Source of the DNA: Lama guanicoe
Lineage: Eukaryota
Reading direction: 5' to 3'
Length of the DNA: 64,000 nt
Assembly: GCA_013239625.1 (NCBI GenBank)
Contig: MU054220.1
Location: forward strand, 4,647,328 to 4,711,327
Shown: piece after piece, positions 1 to 12,424 of the stretch
How positions within the stretch are numbered: the first letter of the stretch is position 1
Layout: every line of letters starts with the position of its first letter
Program-made: the position numbers and the translations under genes
Notes under the pieces: model-generated
The model's input: only the letters and a program-made list of their open reading frames with translations
Databases searched by the model: none
Told to the model about the DNA's origin: nothing

Positions 1-243
1 GGGGCGGGGTAGAGGGTGGGAAGGGATAGACTGGGATTTCAAAATTGTAGAACAGATAAACAAGATTACACTGTATAGCACAGGGAAATATACACAAAAT
101 GTTATGATAAATCACAGAGAAAAAAATGTGACAATGAGTGTGTATATGTCCATGTATGACTGAAAAATTATACTGAACACTGGAATTTGACACAACACTG
201 TAAAATGATTATGAATCAATAAAAATTAAAAAAAATAAAAAAG
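1..243 (+). mobile_element. L1 3' UTR and poly(A) tail (artiodactyl/camelid type), cut by the window edge
   Basis: G-rich run, then ctgtatagcacagggaaata...cacaacactgtaaaatgattatgaatcaataaaa and an A tail. Confidence 0.85.
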
Positions 244-489
244 AAAGTGCTCAAAGTGAAAGCAATCACTCTGGCAGAGTGGGAATTTAAATAGGAGGTG
301 ACACTGGTGTCGAGTCCTTGAGCAGGAATGAGCAATGCAGAGGAGAGGTGGGTAAAAGCAGAGCATGGGGAAAAGGAACGGCACGGGGTAAGAATCCCTG
401 GGGACGCAGGACGTGGTACACAGAGAGAAGTGAAAGAAACAGTTCTGCAGAAGGACACTGGTGGAGGTTGTATATGCCAAGATAACAAG

Positions 490-644
490 CAGGACCAGCC
501 ATATGATTTTCCAGGGCCCAGTGCAAAATAGAAATGCAAGGCCCTGTGTTCAAAAGTTAAGAATTTCAAGATGGTGACTGCAGAGCATGCCAGGACAGGG
601 CCCTGTGCAAATGCACAGGGTACACACCTAGGAAGATGGCCCTA
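490..644 (-). mobile_element. MER45A-like hAT-Tip100 MITE
   Basis: caggaccagc...gggcccagtgcaaaatagaaatgc...gggccctgtgcaaatgcacagg...ggccct matches the reverse of MER45A. Confidence 0.75.
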
Positions 645-1082
645 AGTAAGTTTACAAGTCATCCTGTAAGTTTACAAGTCAACCTTTTGAGGTGAAGGAA
701 ATGCTGTGGCAGAGGAGAGGACACACAGCCTGTTATCAAAATTAAGGGGCAGCAGGAAGAGAACAGAGCAGCCGCTGCATTAGTCCAAAGAGAAGAGGCA
801 GCAGTGGAAATGGGAGGCAGGCGGCTGGGAGGCTTCTGAGTTAGAGTCTGAGTTCAGGAGAGAGAGGCATAATGGTTTTACCCATTTGCTATAGATAGTT
901 TATTAACTATCATATCTTAGAGCTGAAACAGTCTTCGTTAGTTTCACATATGTGACAACATTCCTATGATTATGTCTCAGCAATTTTTTAATCACATAAA
1001 GTGTTTCTCTGGGGTTTTTCTTAGTAAAGCATCCTTTTTCTTGAGGTGGCTTACTTATCTTTGTTGGCTTGAAAAATGAAAT

Positions 1083-1270
1083 GAGTCATCTCTTGTATCC
1101 ACGGGGTATGATTCCAGGACTCCATGTGGATACCAAAATATACTGAGGCTCAAGTCCCACAGTCGGCCCTCCACATCCGCAGATTTGACCCACTCCGGAT
1201 GGTAAACATAATGCAGGATCCTGTGGCTGGATGAATCTGGCATGTGGAACCCGCAGATACAGAGGGCTGT
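1083..1270 (+). mobile_element. MER2-like TcMar-Tigger MITE
   Basis: gtatccacgggg...ttccaggac...ggataccaaaat...ctcaagtccc at the start and gaacccgcagatacagagggc at the end. Confidence 0.7.
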
Positions 1271-2331
1271 GTTACCAGTAAGATCTGGGCCAGAGCTGAC
1301 CAACAGTCCATCCAGGATAACCATGAACTAAAAAATCAACTTGGAAGGCAAAAGGGATATTTTTGTAACCTTCTAGAATATTCCTCCCATCTTCTTTCAA
1401 AGAGAAAGATAGCTAAAATTAATTAGAAGTCAAATATGACACAGTAGTTTTTTCTAAAACTGCTGATTGAGCTATTTTTTTTCTTTTTAAGTGACCTCTT
1501 TTTATTTGAACCTGTTGCTTTGTTCTTATAAGATTCCATTCTGGTTTTGTGAAATCTTGCCGCAGGAAAAAGTATTCTTTTCAAGATCTGGGTCTCTCAC
1601 TTTGGTATTTAGAAAAAGGAAGCTTAACAGTTGTTTTTATTTCTTTAAGGACAAAACAAAATCAGGAACTTTTGGAAAAAATTATCATAAAATTAAAAAT
1701 ACCAGCTCCTGAAATGAGTATTTACTTTATGGCAATTAATACTTTGAAGATCAATATAGTTCAATATTTTGCCAAGAGTAGAACAATTTTTCTGTTCAAC
1801 ACACACATAAAACCCTTCTTCATCTAAACTGTTACAAAGAACGGTTTTTACTTATTAAATCAAATAAAGCAAAAGTGCTTTGAGCGTTTCCTCCTGTACT
1901 CTTGGGACGAAGGATAAGAACTTAACACCAATCATCCCAACTCTAGGATGTCCTAAGGAACTCAGAGGTATCATGTAAAATGCATAGGGTTACAGTTAAT
2001 ATTCTACCCACTAAACAGGAGTAATGACTATTATAGTTATCAATTACAGAGAATCAACTAGATGCCAAAAAGTCCACTAAATGACACTATGTCATTTAAT
2101 CTGCCCAAGAATTTACTGATATACTGCTGAAACGTGCAAATGATTATCCTCATAAACTTCAGTTCTCATCATTTGAAAGACCATCATTTAGTTACCTTTT
2201 TTTTTATTATTATTTTGAAACTATCTCAAGCAAAGAAAAGTTGTAAATACTGTACAAGGAACTTATTCCCCTGGACCATGTTTCATTCAGTTGCTAACAA
2301 GATTCCATCACCCGTAAGTACTTCAGTGTAG

Positions 2332-3310
2332 CAGCTCTCAAACTGTGGTCCATGACCCTGAGGGTTTCTGAGAGTCAAAAATAGTACTAAGACATCATCT
2401 GCCTTCTTCAGCGTGGTCACAGTTGCACCAATGGCACAAAAACAACAATGGGTAAAACTGCTACAATCTTAATAGGAATCAAAGCACCCAACTATATTAA
2501 AAGTCACTATCCTTCACATACTGGCAGTAAAAAGGAAAGTCGGTTTCGCATAAGAATGCCTCTTGATGAAGCAGTAAAATAACTAATTTTATTAAATCTC
2601 TACCCTTGCGTACATGTCTTTTTAATGTTCTGTGTGGCAAAATGAGAGGTATGCATAAAGTACTTTTTCTGTGAACCTAATACAATGACTGTCTTGAGAA
2701 AAAGCGTGTGCAATAGAGTGGTGGGCTGAATTAGCCCCTTTTTTCATGTGGCATCATTTTATTTGAAAATGCAACTATCAGAAAAACGATGCATATTCAG
2801 ATTTGGCAGACATATCCTAAAAGATGAATGAAGTGAGTCTGTCACTTGAAGAAAAACGAGCAACAGGATTTGCTGTCCATGATAAAATCTGAGATTTTAT
2901 GTGAAAAATCAGAATTTTGGAAAACTTGTGTTTACCATCATGAGTTTGAAAGAAAAGATTTTTCTGATGAGATAAGGGGTGATATTCATAATTGTAATTT
3001 TTTGAATAGTGTGTCAACATTTGTAAGATCTACCAAACTCAGGAACCAATATTTTCCAATGACCAATACATAGAGTTACAAAGTCATGATGGACAACAGA
3101 CCTATTCAAACTGTGAGATAGACAAATGGATTTTAAGGTAATTGAGTATGTAAAATTCATTGATATGTTTTCTGATTCCATATTGCAACTAACCTTTAAG
3201 AAATCTCCACTTCAAGAGTTTTGATGTAGTGTCAAAGAAAAACATCCACAATCATCTGAAGAGGCTACTAAAATCACTCTCTCTTCCAACTACATATCCA
3301 CGTGAAGCCA
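2332..3310 (+). mobile_element. Charlie1a-like hAT DNA transposon with decayed transposase
   Basis: Terminus cagctctcaaactgtggtcc. Degenerate CTDGAxAMxGK region (agttgcaccaatggcacaaaaacaacaatgggtaaa), plus cttgatgaagcagtaaaa and agaattttggaaaacttgtg segments. Confidence 0.8.
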
Positions 3311-3751
3311 GCCTATTAAACTTGGTTTCATGCAAATTTGCCCTTGAAAGGCGGATTCACTCTGAACATTCTGACCCAATCAGGTTTGAGGGCCAGCAAA
3401 CTTATATGCCAGTTCCTAAATCTTGGTCACTTTACCGGGAGTTTCCTTTTGAACTTAACAGTGTGGAAATTAAGCTTCCTGTTTTAGACAGGGAGGCACA
3501 CGGACTCTCGCCGCCCCGCCCAGCACAGTGCTCTCCAGTAGTAATCATTAAATCCTCACTGTAGGCCACTCCGGATACTCAGTCCCTCGTCCATAGCAGC
3601 CAGTCCACAGGCTAGGTTCCACCCTTGGAACTGGAGCTAAATGCATTTCCTCTTGCAATTGGGACAACTGTTGTTCCATTTCTGAATTGAAACCTCTGTC
3701 ATCTCACAGTGCTCTTCTAAAAACATCAAAGGGCAACCTGTGCGTGCTTAA

Positions 3752-3950
3752 AAATGCCAGGCACTGTGCTAAGTGTCTCAGATGAATCATCTAATTGAAT
3801 TCTCACAACAATCCTAGAACACAGTGCTAGGCTTGTCTCCATTTTAAACTGAAGTGAAATAGCTTGCCCAATGTCAGGAAGGTCTGTTACAGACCAGATG
3901 GGAACCCAGGCATCCAGCCCTGGAGAAAGCATCTCACTCCAAGCCGTGTT
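3752..3950 (-). mobile_element. MIR SINE
   Basis: tgccaggcactgtgctaag...tctcacaacaatcct...ccattttaaactga core in reverse. Confidence 0.75.
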
Positions 3951-4270
3951 CTCTCCTGAGGATGTCAGGTGCTGCTTCCTGATTAACAGACGCTGGCAGC
4001 CTTGCACAGAGATCCAAATTTTTGTGACGAACAAAATAACAAAACGCTCAGTTGTAGAATTACTCTCGCCTTGCTGAGGATTATTGACACATTTAACCCA
4101 TAGACTGACTTCTGAAACTCTCAGTGTATAAATATCTGGAAACATGGCCCTGAACATCTAGAGTTTGGCTGGTCTCCTTCTACTGAAGTAATTTAAATCT
4201 GGATAGAATCATCGTCTAGAAAGCTTATGTTCCAAAGTTTCTCTGTAAGGCAGTTGATGTTAAAGAAATC

Positions 4271-4345
4271 CATTCACTCATTCAACAGTTAATATTCATT
4301 GAGTGCCTACTATGTGTTCTAAGTACTGGGAATATTAGCCATGAT
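4271..4345 (-). mobile_element. L2 3' end
   Basis: cattcactcattcaaca...ttgagtgcctactatgtg. Confidence 0.7.
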
Positions 4346-5419
4346 GCAAACCAATCTGCTTATTTGGAGCGAAGAGTCTACTGCAGGGGGCAAGGGTTGG
4401 CAGGAAAGAAACAGGTAAAAATATAAAAAATACAATGCATCAAAATGTGGTCATAAATACCATGGAGGAAAAAAAAAGCGCAAGGTGAGAGAGAAAGGGA
4501 ATGACTGAACAACAGTTCTCTAAAAATGAGAATATTTTTTGAAGCTAAGAAATTGTCAATTCCAAATTTGTTAAACTGGTGCAACATTCTGTTTACAGTC
4601 CTATGCCAAATCCTGGTGTGCAACAAATCTGTAGTATCACCAGTAATTAATGGATCAAATTATACAACAACTGACTGAATGCTGAATCCTTAAGTAGTTA
4701 ATTTTATTTCTTGTTTGTGCTATACTTTTTTGATTATTTCTAAGAAAAAACTGAGTGCTTGAAATTTTTTTGACAAATGTCACACAATTTAATGTAAAAT
4801 ATAAAACACAACGTGTCTAACATTAATAAATTCCATGTCCCTATATATGTATTTTCAGTTCAATTTTTAGGAATTCTAACTGGTCATTTTGAGGAAACCA
4901 ATTAGAGCTAAGCTGATGTAAAACTGCTAAGTTTTATGTAAGACATCTTGGTTTCCTTTTAAAATAACTGGAAAACATGGGACCCTCAGGTTTGCTCACA
5001 GTAACAACTGGCAAGAGCCAACATCTTTACTTGGGGCAAGAGCTTTCTGGTTTCCAGATTTCAACACTCTTGTCTTGTTCTAGCTCACTTGATTCATTTT
5101 CATTACCTGCCTCGTCTCTATAAGCATATGCATTTCTGACCTGGGACCTAAACTGATCCCTTTCAGCCCATGCCCAGCATATAATACAGGAATAGAAAAG
5201 ACGGGCATATAGGAAAATATATTTTTAGAAAACATTAAATGTTAAACGAAAAAAATCAAATAACGAAAAACAGAAAATTTACTTTCTGTGCCATTTGTTT
5301 TAAAAGCCAAAGGAGGGTAAGCCAAAGAATCTAAGAGAAACATTTTGTAAGCAATATATGACAATAAAACCTTGAAATTTAAATTTGTTCCTTCCAAGAG
5401 TATGAAAAACATATATTAC

Positions 5420-5600
5420 ACTATGGATTCTGGGTTATAATGTTGTATTAACACACAGGCTCATCAATTGTAACAACTGTACCACTCTGGTACAGGATTT
5501 TGATAGTAGGGAAGGCTGTGTGTACATGCAAAATCTCTACCTTCTGCTCGGTTTTGCTGTGAAACTAAAACTGCTCTAAAGTCTATTTTTTAAAATAGAT
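5420..5600 (+). mobile_element. L1MC-type 3' end
   Basis: tcatcaattgtaacaactgtaccactctgg...ttttgctgtgaaactaaaactgctctaaa. Confidence 0.75.
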
Positions 5601-6861
5601 AAATAAACTACAAAATATTTTTAGTAAGATAATCTAGTAAGATAAAAATTTCTCCATAAAATGTTATTTAATTGTTCTAAACATCTTCAAAATAGCTTGA
5701 AAATATGTTCTTTCCCCCTAAATCATTCCTGAGAATCTGACCATTTAAAATCCATTCACCAAGAAGAGTACAAATAGCCCACATTCCCATGATGCTCTGT
5801 TCTCTTTAAGAAAAAGTAACCATGCCTACGGATTTATTCTCCATTCATACAGGATCACAAGCCAATACATAGGCTATTTTATTTGCTTTTTAAAATATAT
5901 CAATATTCCTAAAGGTCTATGCAGCAATACCTGATTTCCCTCATCTACCAAAAGCAGCTGCATTGTATAAAATTCCCCGAGGCGATGTTGCTGTGTAAAA
6001 TGATGATTTAAATAACTGCCCTTCTTGCAGAAATCACCTTGTAACTATGCCAAGAAAAAATACAATTAGTAACGTTTTAGCCATGTGTGTGAAAGAGTGA
6101 TGGAAAGAAGGCAACGCCAAAAAATAAAAAGTATTTTAATTCATGACTTGATTAGGATGGTACATGTGAACTTATATGAGAACATATATCAGTTCTGTAA
6201 CATTTTTAAGAATGAACTTTTAAGAGAATACAGGAGTGGGAAGCAGGGGGGGAGCTTACAACTCTTTATTTTCCACTTAATGCAGTAATTTGCCCCATGT
6301 TATGCTCCATCATCATTAACATGATCTTTAAAACGTAATTTAAGTCTCTTCATTGTAACTTCTGACCACTTGGAGCCTTGCCGACTGAAGGCAAACTGCC
6401 AGGTGAACCAATTTATAAAGTTTTTGTAAGTTTTAAAAATTTTAAAGCAGTTCAGTAAAAATGTTAGATGTTCAACTTTCAAAATGTAACATTTTTTTTC
6501 CTCATTTAGCAAAGTGTTTTATTCAGAAGCTTCTCAGCACTATCTAGTTGTCAGAAAGAACGAACATACATAGGTATGTAAGTAAACATATATATAGGTT
6601 TAAAGTTCATAGAAATTACCAAAAGGTAAGACATAAAAATAAAGATGTACTTTGCAGTCTCATTAGATACTTTTTGTTTTGGTCTGTTTTTAAGGTGGCA
6701 AGGCACAGAAGTAATTAAGGTCATAGGTGCCGAGTCTGCTGCTGTATTTGCAATATAATCTTAAGAAATGTATCTGATATTTCTTGACCAAAGACCCTGA
6801 AAGAAATAGCAATGCTTTATGTTTGGCAAAGAGGATATCAGTATGTCTCAAGAATGTGAGT

Positions 6862-7158
6862 TTCATGGATACAGAAAACAAACTGTGGTTACCGGGGGGA
6901 AGGGGAGGAAAGGACAGATTAGGAGTTTGGGATTAATAGCTACACATTATTATATATAAAATAGATGAACAATGAGGACCTACTGTATAGCACAGGGAGC
7001 TATATTCAATTTCTTATAATGAGCTGTAATGGAAAAGAATCTGAAAAAAATACATATATGTATTCATATCAGTAACTGAATTGCTTTGCTGTACACATGA
7101 AACTGACATTGTAAGTCAACTACACTTTAATAAAAAAATAAGAATTAAAAAAAAAGAA
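6862..7158 (+). mobile_element. 5'-truncated lineage-specific L1 tail with TSD
   Basis: L1 3' UTR plus A tail, flanked by aagaatgtgagt at 6850-6861 and 7159-7170. Confidence 0.9.
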
Positions 7159-7189
7159 AAGAATGTGAGTCCACTCACAGTACAGATCC

Positions 7190-7610
7190 AACAGAAATGC
7201 ATGTCCTTGTGCTCCAAAAGACATGCATGGGATTGTCTACGGTAACATTACTGATAATAATAGTCAAGAACAATCCAAATGTCCATCGGCAATGGAACAG
7301 AAAGCTAACTTTTGGTATATTCATAAAGTGATGAAAATAAACGAACTATAGCCATACGTAAAAATATAGATAAAGCTCACAAACATAATGCTGAGCTGAA
7401 GATGAAACTCAAAAAATACATACTGTATTATGCAATGTATATAAAGTCCAAAGAAGTCAAAATTAAACAATAATATTGGAAACTAAGACAGTGGTTACTT
7501 CAGGGGAGGAAAGGAGAGGCAGTAACTGGGAGGGAGCATGTGATTCCCTCAACTTTGTGATCATTCACCTGTACATGAGCATTTTTACAGTTTCTACATC
7601 CTAGGTTTAT
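7190..7610 (+). mobile_element. Old L1ME-type 3' fragment
   Basis: caatccaaatgtccatc...ctcacaaacataatgctgag...gtggttacttcagggg. Confidence 0.65.
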
Positions 7611-7840
7611 ATTGTTTTCAGTATTAACATTTATAGGTATGTTTCTGTTACAAGACAAAAGCAAATTAATGGAGAATATTTATAAAGTGTACCTATACTA
7701 TACTAGAAGTATATCGCATTGAAAAATAAGGCACAAGTGATACAAGTGTTCTATGTGTCTTGCAAATGTTCTACAATACCTTGCAAATGAAACAGAATTT
7801 CTCCCTAGCTGTGCTGCTTAGAAAGGCTGTAAAGGATAAT

Positions 7841-8055
7841 AGAGGCTGCAAACTCAAATGTCCTCCGGGGCCAAGCACATTTCTCAAGTGTGTGAACAGG
7901 GCCTGATAAAAGTATATACACACTGTGTGAATGAGGAGAGGCTGGGTCACACTTGACAGGACAGTCCCCACCAAGAGGGTAAGTGGGTCACAATTCCAGC
8001 TGATTGCAGTCGTATAGGAATGTTGGGCCTAGGGTTAACAGACCATTTGGATTTG
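7841..8055 (+). mobile_element. MER102-like hAT-Charlie element (a reverse copy is probable at ~4950-5145)
   Basis: agaggctgcaaactcaaatg...ggggccaagca...ccagctgattg...ggaatgttgggcctag. Confidence 0.55.
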
Positions 8056-10419
8056 TTTTAGTATAAATAACAGTTTATTTAGTTATGTTAGGATTTTACT
8101 AATTCAAACTCTTTAAATATATAGTTGGACATGGCTGTGTCTTTAACAAAGAAAAAAAATACATCCATTTAATCAAAATGCTCACATACCCTTCAAATGA
8201 TCCAATGATAATACCTGTAATAGGCAGCTGCATTCAAAAACAGTCATAATGCAAATTTAGTTGCTCAGTTCTTTATTCTCTTGTTGCTTAGTAATTCTGA
8301 CACTACATTTTTGGAATGCGCCTCCCCCAAAGTTATCATTTAGTTACCCAGTTACAATATTCAAAGTATATGTAAGAGTATGGGGATAATGGAGAACACA
8401 ACACAAGAAGCCAAAGATCTGAACTCTGTACACCTCTGCCATTAACTTGGTATGTCTTGGTTTCTCAGACTTAGTTTCCATGTTTATAAAATGAGAGTTT
8501 TTAATCCATCAGTAGCTCCTAAACAGAGATGCCCTTTTAAAATAGTGTGGAGTACGTTTTTCAAACTACACATGCCTAAACATGATTCTATGTATTCCAC
8601 AAAAGTAAATATACTTACATTTGTGGCTTAATATTTTAATCAGTTATTGAAGAATGACTACAGTTTAGATTTTATACATCTCTACAGCATTAAACAGAAT
8701 GCAAGCACAATAAAATCTAGCTCTATATCAGTATTCTTTCCATTACTAGTAAGTAGCCTGCTGTCATTAAACATTAATTCTATTGTTTGTTTTTTGTACT
8801 GAAGTACAAGTATAATCCTATTGTTTTTTAATAGCAAAGGAATAAAACACAAAATTTATGAAATCTCCTGTGCGTTTTAATGGACTCATCTTCTCTTTGA
8901 TTCTAGTATTAGATATAGCACCAGGTCACTTAAATTTGTTGATCTGCAATTATTTTACAGATTAGCATATAATATAAATTATGCATTTAATAAGTAATGG
9001 TATAAAGAGATTATTAAAACAATGGATAACTGATAAAACATACAACTTCACTTGATGGAAAAATCAAGACAAGGTAAATCTTTTCCATAAAACTTTCAAA
9101 AATACTTTCTCTTTGTGATGAAAAAGGAAGCAATCCCTATATAATACCACTGAACGTTATTAATGTTTCAAGGAATGGGACTTTCTACAAATTCTTTTAT
9201 TCAAGCTGAAGGCTGTACCCCAAATTACAATTATCCACTTAAAACAACAACTAAAAATTTAAAAGAGGGAGGAGAAACACCAATCATCTATTTAAATGGG
9301 AGCCATTTCAGAACACCTCGGTCCCACATTTCCCCAACCAAAAAAAGAATTTTATACAAAACTCACTGAACCATCAATAATCCAACTGGAAAGACCACTT
9401 GCTGTTTTAAAGAAACCATACAAACATAAGCAAACATTTTAATTAAGAGGTATAGCTAGTGTCTGGCCATGGTGCAGTACCTTCCCGCATGCCTAATGCC
9501 AGCTGTAGAATAGCAACATTCAAGCAGCTGCCTTAATTGGAGATGCAGAGCAACACATGCTAATTTGGCTGGGCCTGCTAATTGGTAGGTATGCTGCATT
9601 GCTAACAAAACATCCACCCATATTACAGATGTTGTTCTCTATCTGAGTAAACGATTGGTAACAAGCAGTAATGAAGTTGAAATAAGCTACATTTGGTGAA
9701 ATTGTTCAGTTGGGCAGCTTTACAACAGGATCCCACGTTCGTTTAGAAAATCACTTGTGCCAAAATTGGAACATCAGCTAAATGTCACAAGTACATTTCT
9801 GTGCAACACGAAGACCACCATGAGGTTTCATAACCACTCTTCAGTCACAACAACAGTCTTGCCTAAGTGGGTACCTCCCCCTTAATTATGTATGCCAGGC
9901 CCCATGCAAACATTTACAGAAAAACTCAGTCCTTTTCTCTCTTTAGAGACTTACGCAGACCAAACATTTATAGTTATGTGTGCAAAGATGATTATGTTTA
10001 TCAGGAAATCTACAATGCTTTAAAAAAAAAAAAGGAGCAGATAGTCTTCTGCTTACAGCCATGATGGTGTAGCAGAAACCAGATTTACTCTATCACTTTG
10101 AGCTAAAAAAAAAATGGACAAAATACATGAAACAATGGTTTTTCAGACGTTGGACAAGAGACAGTTCAGGAGAGCAATAGCTAAGAGAAGGGAAATAAAT
10201 AAGGTGACCCCTATGGATGCCCTAGCTTATTGCCCAGTTAGATTTTCTAGACTAGGATGAAGAGAGAAGAACTCAAACAGAGACCAGCAGTACCCTGAGT
10301 TAAGGAAACAGACTTGAACATTTGGGGAAGATAGAGCCCAAAGAATTAGCAGACAGTAAAGACAGAAAGTGGAAACAAGAACATGAAAGACAGACATAAA
10401 GACAGATAATATACATATA

Positions 10420-10609
10420 CAGTTGACCATTGAACAACTTGGACGTCAGAAGCACCCCCTGCAAGGCTGAAAATCCACATATAACTTTACAGGCAGCACT
10501 CCATATCTGTGGTTCTGCATCTGTAGATCATGTAATACTGCAGTATACATTTTTAAAAAATTTGTATAAGTGGACCCATGCAGTTCAAATCAATGTTGTT
10601 AAGGGTTAA
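10420..10609 (+). mobile_element. MER8 (Tigger) MITE nested in the old L1
   Basis: TA|cagttgaccattgaacaac...aagtggacccatgcagttcaaa...tgttgttaagggttaa, with terminal inverted repeats. Confidence 0.8.
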
Positions 10610-10857
10610 AGAGAGAGAGAAACATGCTATACTCTATATGTTCAAGAAAGTAGAGGGTGAACATTTTAAAAAGGGGTAAGGAAGATATTTAAAAAAGATT
10701 AAATTTTTATAGAGAGAAAAAATACAATGTCTCGTTAAGAAAATTACACCAACAGGGTTAACAGCAGATTAGACACTGCAGAAGAAAAGGTTAGTGAACG
10801 TGAAGGCACACCAATAGACACCCCCATCCAAAATGAAACACAGAACAAAAAGAGATT

Positions 10858-10903
10858 GGAGGAAGGGAGGGAGGGAGGAAGGAAAGAAGGAAGGAAGGAA
10901 GGA
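10858..10903 (+). repeat. (GGAA/GGGA)n purine microsatellite
   Basis: ggaggaagggagggagggaggaaggaaagaaggaaggaaggaagga. Confidence 0.9.
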
Positions 10904-12336
10904 GCACAATATCAGTAGTTGAGGAACAACTTCAATAAGTTTGATATATGTCTAACTGGAATCCCAGGAAAAGGGTGAGGGATAGAAAAAAATATTTGAT
11001 GAACTAATGGCCAAAATTTTTCCAAATATGATCATTATAAACACATAAATTTAAGCTCCACAAACTCCAAGGAGAAACATAAAAAAAAAAACTACACTAA
11101 GGGACAAAATACTCAAAATACTTAAAACCAGCGATAAAGAGAAAAATCTTTAAAACAACCAGAGAAGAAAAAAAGAAAAAAACATTACACACAGTAATAA
11201 AAAGATAAGAATGAGAGCAGACTTCTTTTCAGAAACACTGCAAGCCAGAGACACTGAAGCAAAATAGATACTGTACTGGAAGAAGAAGGGAAAAAAAAAA
11301 CCTGTCAACCTAAAATTTTATACCCAGAGAAAATATATTTCAAAAACAAAGGGTTTTTTTCAGATATACAAAAAGAATTTGTCACCAGCAGACCAGCACT
11401 ACAAGAGATGTTAAAGGACATCTTTCAGACAGGGAAAAAAAAAGTCCTGATTGAAATCTTTATTTACACAAAGGAATGAAGAGCATCAGAAATGGTAACA
11501 TGTGTGTAAATATAGAAGACTTAAGAAATAAATTTAATTCTCTTTAAAACATAGTTGACTAAGGCAAAAGTACTATGTTATACAGCCCATAACATATAGA
11601 GAAATAGAATGTATGGAATGGAAGTATACTGTTGTCAGTTCACATGTTAAAGATGAAGTAGTACACTGTGACATGTTAAAGACGCACACTGCAAGATCAA
11701 AAGCAATCACTAAAAACAAACAAAAGAAGATGTACAGCCAATAAGCCAAGGAAGAAAATGATACAGAATAATAAAAACCATAATTTTAACCCAAAAGCAG
11801 GCACACACAAAAGGGGGGGGGGCAAACAAACAAATGGAACAAATAGAAATCAAAGAGTAAATTGGTTAACTTTCAACCCAATCACATTAAACATAAATCG
11901 TCTAAGTATACCAATTAAATGGCAAAAGTCAAACTGGATAAAAAGCAAGACCAGATCTATGCTGTCTACAAGAAACCCACTTTATATATAAAGTACATAG
12001 AGACTAACAGCAAAGATAGAAAAAGATATACCATGCTAACACTAATCAAAAGAAAGCTGGACAAAGGCGATTTCAGCACAAAGAACAATACTATCAAGCA
12101 CCTTTGTTTTAAATTTTAAAGTCTCTGTTCTGACTGGCTCATAGAGAATAGTAACTGCTCACTGTAACTTGAGAAAACTCAGAAATTACCAAACAAGCAC
12201 AAAACTTCTAACGCTTTAAACGTGCTGAGGATTTCAGAAAAATCATCCACAAAGAAATGATCTGCTCAAGCAGTGATAGTTTAAAAAGTCAAAGTCAGAC
12301 ATTTGGCTATCAACTAATAGTTATTTAAAACTGCAC

Positions 12337-12424
12337 GACTGTACACTAAAAATTGACACACTGTAACTGACTATACTTCAATAAAAAAAGGAAATTAAAG
12401 AACAAAGAAAATACAAAAAATAAA
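12337..12424 (+). mobile_element. Very short L1 3' tip with A tail
   Basis: aattgacacactgtaactgactatacttcaataaaa, with near-TSD taaaactgcac / taaaattgcac. Confidence 0.75.

Larger units (their letters stand above)
10045..12090 (+). mobile_element. Old L1 (L1MD/ME-type) 5' end, ORF1 and start of ORF2, decayed
   Basis: 5' start cttctgcttacagccatgatgg. ORF1-like agattagacactgcagaagaaaagg and gcagacttcttttcagaaac...ctgtcaacctaaaatttt. Endonuclease start ...WIKKQDQIYAVYKKPT in ORFs 11758/11919. Confidence 0.75.

Noticed and set aside
646..681. 16-bp direct repeat gtaagtttacaagtca x2 (similar small duplications near 5622 and 52916)
   Set aside because: Two-copy local slippage duplications with no spacers or array structure; not CRISPR-like.
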